DNA from: Gemmatimonadota bacterium
GTDB lineage: Bacteria > Gemmatimonadota > Gemmatimonadetes > Gemmatimonadales > GWC2-71-9
NCBI GenBank assembly: GCA_037440225.1
Contig: JBBIUN010000011.1
Location: 20,979 to 84,978 of the forward strand
Direction: 5' to 3'
Length of the DNA: 64,000 nucleotides
In this document: positions 58,887 through 64,000 of the stretch, piece by piece
Numbering within the stretch: position 1 is the first letter of the stretch
Layout: each line of letters starts with the position of its first letter
Notes under the pieces: model-generated
Databases searched by the model: none
The model's input: only the letters and a program-made list of their open reading frames with translations
What the model was told of the DNA's origin: nothing
Translations under genes and position numbers: made by a program

Positions 58887-59728
58887 AGATCCAACCGGCG
58901 TCGAAACGCGCGGCCCCGTTCGAGCCAGGCCAGCAAGTCCGGCGCGCCGCCGGTGGCCAGCGCCCGCCTGAGCTGTCCCAGCTCGGCCTCCAGCGCGTCC
59001 AGCGCTTCGAGCACGGGGATCCGGTTGAGCAGCAGGATCTCGTGCCACAGGCCCGGATGACTTCCGGCGAGGCGGGTGGTGTCGCGGGCCCCAGGCCCGT
59101 AGCGCACCGCTCGAGGCCCGGCAGCTTCCAGCGCCGCGGCCAAAGCCGAGGCGGTCGCTTGTGGCAGATGGCTGGTCCAGGCCACCAGGCGGTCGTGCGC
59201 CACGGCTTCCAACACCACCGGCTCGGCTTGACACACCGCGCTCCAGAAATCCGCCACCTCCTCGGTCGCCCGCTCGCCCCCCGCGGCAGGCGTCACGTAC
59301 ACCACAGCCCCCTCGAGCAGCGAGGGCTTGGCCGCGGCAAAGCCGGATTCATGCGTGCCGGCCAACGGGTGGGACCCCGCGAAACGATGACCCAGGCCTA
59401 GGGCTTCAGCCCGCGCCACGATCGGGCCTTTGACGCTGGTGACATCGGTGAACCAGCGCGGCCCGGCGAGCAGCGCTTCGCCAAGATCCCCTAAGAGCTG
59501 CAAGGTTGCCGCCGGAGGCGCCGCTAGGACGACGAAGTCCACTCCCCTCGCTGCGGCCTCGGGGCGATCCGCGATCTCGGTGATGGCCCCCGCCTTGAGC
59601 GCCGCCACGCGCTCAGCTGGCACCGGCGAGTAGCCGACAATCCTCCCCACGCCGGCCTCCGCCGCCCGCCACGCTACGGAGCCCCCGATGGCCCCAAGCC
59701 CTATGATCCCCAGGGATTCAGGCCGCAC
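58883..59728 (-). CDS. tyrA: prephenate (arogenate) dehydrogenase
   Basis: 281 aa. Rossmann IIGLGAIGGS, GSHPLAG catalytic region. Confidence 0.87.
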   Translation of the reverse strand: MRPESLGIIGLGAIGGSVAWRAAEAGVGRIVGYSPVPAERVAALKAGAITEIADRPEAAARGVDFVVLAAPPAATLQLLGDLGEALLAGPRWFTDVTSVKGPIVARAEALGLGHRFAGSHPLAGTHESGFAAAKPSLLEGAVVYVTPAAGGERATEEVADFWSAVCQAEPVVLEAVAHDRLVAWTSHLPQATASALAAALEAAGPRAVRYGPGARDTTRLAGSHPGLWHEILLLNRIPVLEALDALEAELGQLRRALATGGAPDLLAWLERGRAFRRRLDL

Positions 59729-59821
59729 GGCGGTTACCCTGCCGGGCCCGCTGGGGGAGGCTCCCCTGGCCCGAGCCGGGCTCTTCTGGTGCGACGCCGG
59801 CGCGTACCTCGCCGTTCGAGG

Positions 59822-60133
59822 TCATCTGGCTAAGCCTATCCCGACGAGCGTCACCAGCAAGGCTCCCAGCGCGAAGCGCCCCAGGCGCGGCTGAGCGGGC
59901 CAGGCGCTGAGCGCCACGCCGGCGAGCGAGACCAGTGGCGCCAGGACCACGAGGGTGCTGGCCCAGGATAACAATCGGCGAGCCGGCACCTGGGTGCCGG
60001 CCCCCCCAAAGAGGCTCAGAGCGGCGCCGGCCACGACGCAGCCGAGCGCTGCCAGCGCCAGCAGGCTGAGCAGGCGGCCGGCCCAGCGCTCCACGGCGCC
60101 AGGCGCTTCCGGCTCAGAGCTGAGCGAGTCCAC
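59822..60133 (-). CDS. hypothetical small membrane protein (about 3 TM helices)
   Basis: This is the C-terminal part of track ORF 59822-60235 from GTG 60133. It has hydrophobic segments LLSLLALAALGCVVAGAAL, LVVLAPLVSLAGVAL and ALLVTLVGIGL. No homology is recognised. It overlaps the tauE 3' end by 20 nt. Confidence 0.35.
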   Translation of the reverse strand: MDSLSSEPEAPGAVERWAGRLLSLLALAALGCVVAGAALSLFGGAGTQVPARRLLSWASTLVVLAPLVSLAGVALSAWPAQPRLGRFALGALLVTLVGIGLAR

Positions 60134-60893
60134 GACGTACCATCTGGTAAGCCACGAACACCAGCAAGGCGGCGAATCCGGCACGGAGCCAGCTGGCGTG
60201 CAGCCGATGCCCGCCCAACGCGGCCGGAACCGCACCGACGAGGGTGCCCGCCATGGCTACGGTGACCAAACTGGGTACCACGTCGCCGCGAGCCAGATAG
60301 ATCAGGGCGCCGGCAGCGGCCGTCATGCCGATCATGTACGAGCTGGTGGCCACCGCTCGTTCGAACTCGAGCCCCAGGATGAGGTGCAAGACGGGCGTGT
60401 TGAGGATCCCCCCACCTACGCCCAGCAGGCCGGAGACGAGACCCGCGCCCACGGCCGCCGCTCGGGCCACGGGCAGCCGGCCCGATCCTGCCCGCGCGAG
60501 CCGGCGTTCGAGCCATCCAGCCCGGCCGCTCGACCGGTGCGGCCACATTTGGAGTGCCACGGCCGCCAGCAACCCGCCAAATCCCAGGTACAGCGGGCTC
60601 GTGGGAACCAGCCCGGCTGCGAGCCCGGCGGCCACGGCCCCGGCGACCGCGTAGAACTGGAGTTCGACTGCCACCGGGAGGTTCACCCGCTGGTGGCGCA
60701 GGTACACCGCCGAGCTGGCGGCGGAGGCGGCGCAGATGCAGATGAGACTGGTGCCGATAGCTGCGCGCAGGGGAAGACCGGCCAGCAGCGAGAGCGCGGG
60801 GACGATGATCAGCCCGCCACCCACGCCCAACAGGGCACCCAAGCCGCCCGCCACGAGGCCGATGACAAAGAGGCTCACGAGCTGCTGATCCAC
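60114..60893 (-). CDS. TauE/SafE (DUF81) family sulfite/anion exporter
   Basis: 259 aa. Duplicated 4-TM repeats with GxGGG motifs (LGVGGGLIIVP, LLGVGGGILNTP). Confidence 0.85.
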   Translation of the reverse strand: MDQQLVSLFVIGLVAGGLGALLGVGGGLIIVPALSLLAGLPLRAAIGTSLICICAASAASSAVYLRHQRVNLPVAVELQFYAVAGAVAAGLAAGLVPTSPLYLGFGGLLAAVALQMWPHRSSGRAGWLERRLARAGSGRLPVARAAAVGAGLVSGLLGVGGGILNTPVLHLILGLEFERAVATSSYMIGMTAAAGALIYLARGDVVPSLVTVAMAGTLVGAVPAALGGHRLHASWLRAGFAALLVFVAYQMVRRGLAQL

Positions 60894-60960
60894 AAGCGAG
60901 AATCGTAGCGACCGGGCCCACCTTGCGGGAGCGCGGGCGGGGGGCGTGCTTTAGCGGCGC

Positions 60961-62610
60961 ATGAAAGCGAACTGGGGGGCGCTTCTCGCAGGTGCAAGCA
61001 GCGAGCCCGAGGCGGAAGCCTGGGTGGTGGGCGCGGGCGTAGCCTTGGCGTACTGGGCGCTCAGGTTGTCGGGGCCTCTGGTGCTCGGAGCCTTTCACGA
61101 TGACGCGGTCTATGTCTCGTTGGGCCAGGCGCTGGCGCAGGGGCAGGGGTACCACTCGATTTACGCTGCCGGAGCCCCGGTCCATCTCAAGTACCCGCCC
61201 GGCCTGCCCGCGCTCTATGCGCTCTTCTGGATGGTAGGCCGGTCGCTGCCCGTGGTGACTTACCTGGCCGTGGCCAGCTCCATGGCGGCCACGGCTACAG
61301 CGGCGGGCCTCCTCTGGTGGTTCGGGCGATCGGAACTGGGGCTGGGCCGCGGGGTCCTGCTGGCCTGCGCCGTGGGCCCCTTCTTCCTCGATCCCTTGCT
61401 GCTCTATTTGAGCCTGCCCGCGAGCGAGCCCTATTTCGTACTGGGCTGGGCGGTGCTTTTGGCGCTCTCCGGCCGGCTGCGCCGCGCTCCCAGCGTCGGG
61501 CCGGCTGTGGCGTTGGGTGCGGTGGCGGCGGCTACCATCCTCTTCCGCCTTCAGGCCCTGGGGTTGCTCGCCGGCTTGCTCGTAGCGCTGGCCTTCCGGC
61601 GCACGCCGGCTCGCCTGCTCGCGGCCGTGCTTGCTTCAAGTCTCCTGCCTCTGGCGCTCTGGAGCTGGATGCACCGAGCCTGGGTAGCGGCGGGCCCGAT
61701 CTCGACCCAGCCGGATGAAGCCGGCTACTTGACTTGGCTGCCCGCGGCGCATCCAACGCAGTGGGTGGCGTTCGCGCTTGCGGCGCTCCGAGTCAACTGG
61801 CCCGCGTACGGGAGCCAAATCCCGCGTTACCTCAGTGCCTCGCCCGTCGCCGGCATCGGGCTGTTGTCCTTGGGTGCCGGCCTCGCGCTGGCGGGCGCGG
61901 TGCGCCTGGGACGGTCGCAATTACCGCTCGGTCTCACGCTAGCCGGCAACGCGCTGGTGGTCTTGCTGTGGCCCTGGCCCCAGGATCGCTTGGCGCTCAC
62001 CATGCTACCGTTCGCGGGGTTGCTGGCCGCCGGGGCCCTGGCGGACGCCTTAGGGCGCAGCTCGCTCCCGTTCCGCCGCGCCGCCTACGCGGCCTTAGGG
62101 TTGTTGGGAGCTTCGGTAGCCCTCCGGCAAAAAGAGCTTCGAGTGTTCGCCTACCGGCCGGTGAGCCCTCGCGTGGTGCTGCGCATGCCGTATCCCGGCC
62201 ACTTCATCGCCGCCAACCGGCGCTTCGTCACCGTGGTCTCCGCGTGGCTCCGCGATCACACGGTCCCAGGCGATCGCGTCGTGGCCGACGCGCCGGCGGC
62301 CCTCTATCTCTATTCCGGCCGCCAGGCGGTGGCCGCGGCGCCGGCCAGGAGCGCGCTCGAGCCGTCCTGGTTCGAGCCCCCGGGCGCCTACCTGGCAAGC
62401 CGCATTCTCGATGACCGCGTGAGCGTGGTGGTCCTCACCGACATTCGCCACCCGCTCACTCCGGACGTTGCCGCGGTGTTCAAGCGGTGCCCGGGCGTGC
62501 TGCGGTATGTAGGCACCGCGCCGTGGTGGGAAGGGCCGGCGCGGGCGTTCTTCTACCGCGTGGTCGAGCGCCGGGAGCCGTGTCTCGAGGCGTTACGGAA
62601 CGGGAGCTGA
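60961..62610 (+). CDS. polytopic membrane protein, GT-C fold (ArnT/PMT-like, GT39/GT83-type) glycosyltransferase candidate
   Basis: 549 aa with ~10 TM helices. The first periplasmic loop carries an Asp-Asp motif (FHDDAVYVSLGQAL) as in ArnT/PMT_2 enzymes. It has a soluble C-terminal domain. Family call is by pattern only. Confidence 0.55.
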   Translation: MKANWGALLAGASSEPEAEAWVVGAGVALAYWALRLSGPLVLGAFHDDAVYVSLGQALAQGQGYHSIYAAGAPVHLKYPPGLPALYALFWMVGRSLPVVTYLAVASSMAATATAAGLLWWFGRSELGLGRGVLLACAVGPFFLDPLLLYLSLPASEPYFVLGWAVLLALSGRLRRAPSVGPAVALGAVAAATILFRLQALGLLAGLLVALAFRRTPARLLAAVLASSLLPLALWSWMHRAWVAAGPISTQPDEAGYLTWLPAAHPTQWVAFALAALRVNWPAYGSQIPRYLSASPVAGIGLLSLGAGLALAGAVRLGRSQLPLGLTLAGNALVVLLWPWPQDRLALTMLPFAGLLAAGALADALGRSSLPFRRAAYAALGLLGASVALRQKELRVFAYRPVSPRVVLRMPYPGHFIAANRRFVTVVSAWLRDHTVPGDRVVADAPAALYLYSGRQAVAAAPARSALEPSWFEPPGAYLASRILDDRVSVVVLTDIRHPLTPDVAAVFKRCPGVLRYVGTAPWWEGPARAFFYRVVERREPCLEALRNGS

Positions 62611-62618
62611 ACGGCGCC

Positions 62619-63629
62619 TCAGTTGCGACCGACCCGGAACTGCTCCCCAGCGCGCCCGGCAAAGGGCTCCGCGGCAGCTACGGCGCCGCGCAGGGCTTGC
62701 ACCACCTCGCTCGCGAAGAGCCGGCCTGCGTCCCGTTCGACCGCGGCGAGGGCGCCGGAGGGGGTCAAGGCCGGGCGCACCGGGCTGGCGAGCTGAAGGG
62801 TCCAGTAGGCGTCAGCCACAGCCAGGATCTTGGCGCCGATGCTGATGGGCAACTCGTCCACCGGCCAGTCCTCTCTCACCAGCTCGTAATAGCGGGCGTA
62901 CTCAGCCAGCAGGCGGTTCGCCCCGCGGAGGGCCCGGGCAACGGGCAGGCTCTTGACCTCGCCGGGAAACTGGGCAATCAAGGACAACACGCGGGGGTGC
63001 TGGGGCCCCACTTCGTGGAGCAGGGCCGCCACCCGAATGTCTTCTACTTCCGGGGGGTGCAGCCCCAGGGCCCGAGCCAGCCGGGCTGCGAGATCGGCCA
63101 CCCGGTGGCTGTGGCCGCGGCTTTCCCGCTCGCTCGCCTCGAGGCTGAAGGTGAGCAGTTCCAGAATGGTCACGTACGACTGCTTGGCGTCCTCGAGGCT
63201 CGCCTGGCGGTGTTCGGCGAGCCCGCCCACCACGTACGCCGTGAGGATCAGGAACCCGGCCCAGGGCACCAGCGTCAAGGCCACCGCCAGATCGAAACCG
63301 GGGGTGCCCTGTAAGCCCTGCACCAGCTGAAAGAACAGCACCAGGTTGACGATGAGCACGGCAGCGCCCACCGCGCCGTTCCGCCCCAAGAGGAAGCCCG
63401 CCACGATGATCGGCAGGTAATAGAAGCTGAGAAAGGCCAGCTTGTAATCAATGAACCAATGGATGGTAAGCAGCGAGGCCACCAGCAGCACCACCAGGAT
63501 GCCCTCGAAGTGCTCGAATACCACCCAGCGAAGCCTGTCGGCGAGCGAACGCGTGACCATCAGAACCTTGCCTGGCAATGATCCCTGCGGCACGGCAGGT
63601 ACGGCGGGCGCGGCGATGAAACGGTGCAT
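62619..63629 (-). CDS. membrane-bound degenerate HD-GYP-like domain protein
   Basis: The track ORF is trimmed to the ATG at 63629. It has 4-5 TM helices followed by an HD-GYP-like domain: GHSHRVADLAARLA present, but HD is HE (LLHEVG), HHE is YYE, GYP is DWP, and AFDAMT..RPYR is AYWTLQLASPVRP. Confidence 0.72.
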   Translation of the reverse strand: MHRFIAAPAVPAVPQGSLPGKVLMVTRSLADRLRWVVFEHFEGILVVLLVASLLTIHWFIDYKLAFLSFYYLPIIVAGFLLGRNGAVGAAVLIVNLVLFFQLVQGLQGTPGFDLAVALTLVPWAGFLILTAYVVGGLAEHRQASLEDAKQSYVTILELLTFSLEASERESRGHSHRVADLAARLARALGLHPPEVEDIRVAALLHEVGPQHPRVLSLIAQFPGEVKSLPVARALRGANRLLAEYARYYELVREDWPVDELPISIGAKILAVADAYWTLQLASPVRPALTPSGALAAVERDAGRLFASEVVQALRGAVAAAEPFAGRAGEQFRVGRN

Positions 63630-64000
63630 GGTGTTCAAAACCCGTCCTCCAGAGCGGTGACCAGGGGACGCTGCCCGGGGACGCACGCGCCGGGGCCCAG
63701 GCGGTGCGCCTTGGCGGGGCACGCGGGTCCCGGGCGGCGCCATGCCCCAGGAGGCGCGGCAGGCAAGGGTGATCGTTGGGCGAGCTACCCGACGCGCAGC
63801 CTGCCCTCACCTGCCCGCCCCCAGAGAAGCGCTGCGGCACCAGCCGCCCCCATTGCCTGAGCACCTGGAGCAAAGCCCACACGCACCGGGCGTCGAACTG
63901 CGTACCGGCACAACGCAGCAGCTCCCGCAACGCCGCCGCCTCCCCCCACGCCGCCCGGTAGGGACGGCTGGTGGTCATGGCATCGAAGGCATCAGCCACC
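63448..64000 (-). CDS. HD-GYP domain protein, C-terminal part only (gene continues past right edge)
   Basis: The frame reads (V)ADAFDAMTTSRPYRAAWGEAAALRELLRCAGTQFDARCV, a canonical HD-GYP C-terminal motif. There is no stop until 63448, which gives a ~130-aa Arg/Pro/Gly-rich tail overlapping the next gene. The true 3' end is uncertain. Confidence 0.6.
   Translation of the reverse strand, partial: VADAFDAMTTSRPYRAAWGEAAALRELLRCAGTQFDARCVWALLQVLRQWGRLVPQRFSGGGQVRAGCASGSSPNDHPCLPRLLGHGAARDPRAPPRRTAWAPARASPGSVPWSPLWRTGFEHHAPFHRRARRTCRAAGIIARQGSDGHAFARRQASLGGIRALRGHPGGAAGGLAAYHPLVH

Overview
This is a 64-kb window of a very GC-rich (by eye about 70%) bacterial chromosome. It looks diderm: it encodes lipoproteins, a BamE-like protein and MreBCD-PBP2-RodA. 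Phylum cannot be established from the sequence alone.

The window is almost entirely tightly packed core housekeeping. I call about 60 protein genes and one tmRNA, grouped as follows:
- trpC (5' end only), lexA, trpD.
- A long co-directional block: truA-tal-htrA-purB-purC-psd-pssA-purS-purQ-(lipoprotein)-(Zn-ribbon)-purL-purF-ppdK.
- A short accessory-looking patch at 17.1-19.1 kb: a mini-lipoprotein, a frameshifted RHH antitoxin remnant and an anion permease, next to ssrA (tmRNA).
- dus-larB-GGDEF, ptsN, lysA-guaA, hisS-proS, accD-folC.
- mreB-mreC-mreD-mrdA-rodA, ald, rpsO-pnp-M16 peptidase, a Ser/Thr kinase.
- rpsB-tsf-pyrH-frr-cdsA-dxr-rseP, rplM-rpsI.
- rpsA-pccB-accC-(RNA methyltransferase)-(biotinyl protein), tyrA-aroA-cmk.
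- tauE, a GT-C glycosyltransferase-like membrane protein, and two tandem HD-GYP-type genes.

I found no rRNA, tRNA, CRISPR array, transposase, integrase or recognisable defence island. Most long ORFs in the six-frame track are GC-driven shadow frames or spurious 5' extensions. Many true starts are GTG, TTG or even CTG embedded in 4-nt stop/start overlaps.

I do not see a clear novel multi-gene system. The observations most worth a second look are:
1. Three tandem 58-72 bp repeats with a covarying hairpin fill the space between divergent trpD and truA promoters.
2. Two TTCGG-N6-TTCGG direct repeats sit on the lexA core promoter and are a candidate non-canonical SOS box.
3. folC appears to start at CTG inside a CTGA overlap with accD.
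4. An RNA m5U methyltransferase is translationally coupled between the biotin carboxylase and the biotinyl carrier of a split acyl-CoA carboxylase.
5. A degenerate HD-GYP paralogue overlaps a canonical one.
6. An orphan frameshifted RHH antitoxin lies beside a lipoprotein made of a TonB-receptor plug fragment.

All functional calls rest on motif and family recognition by eye. No database search was run.
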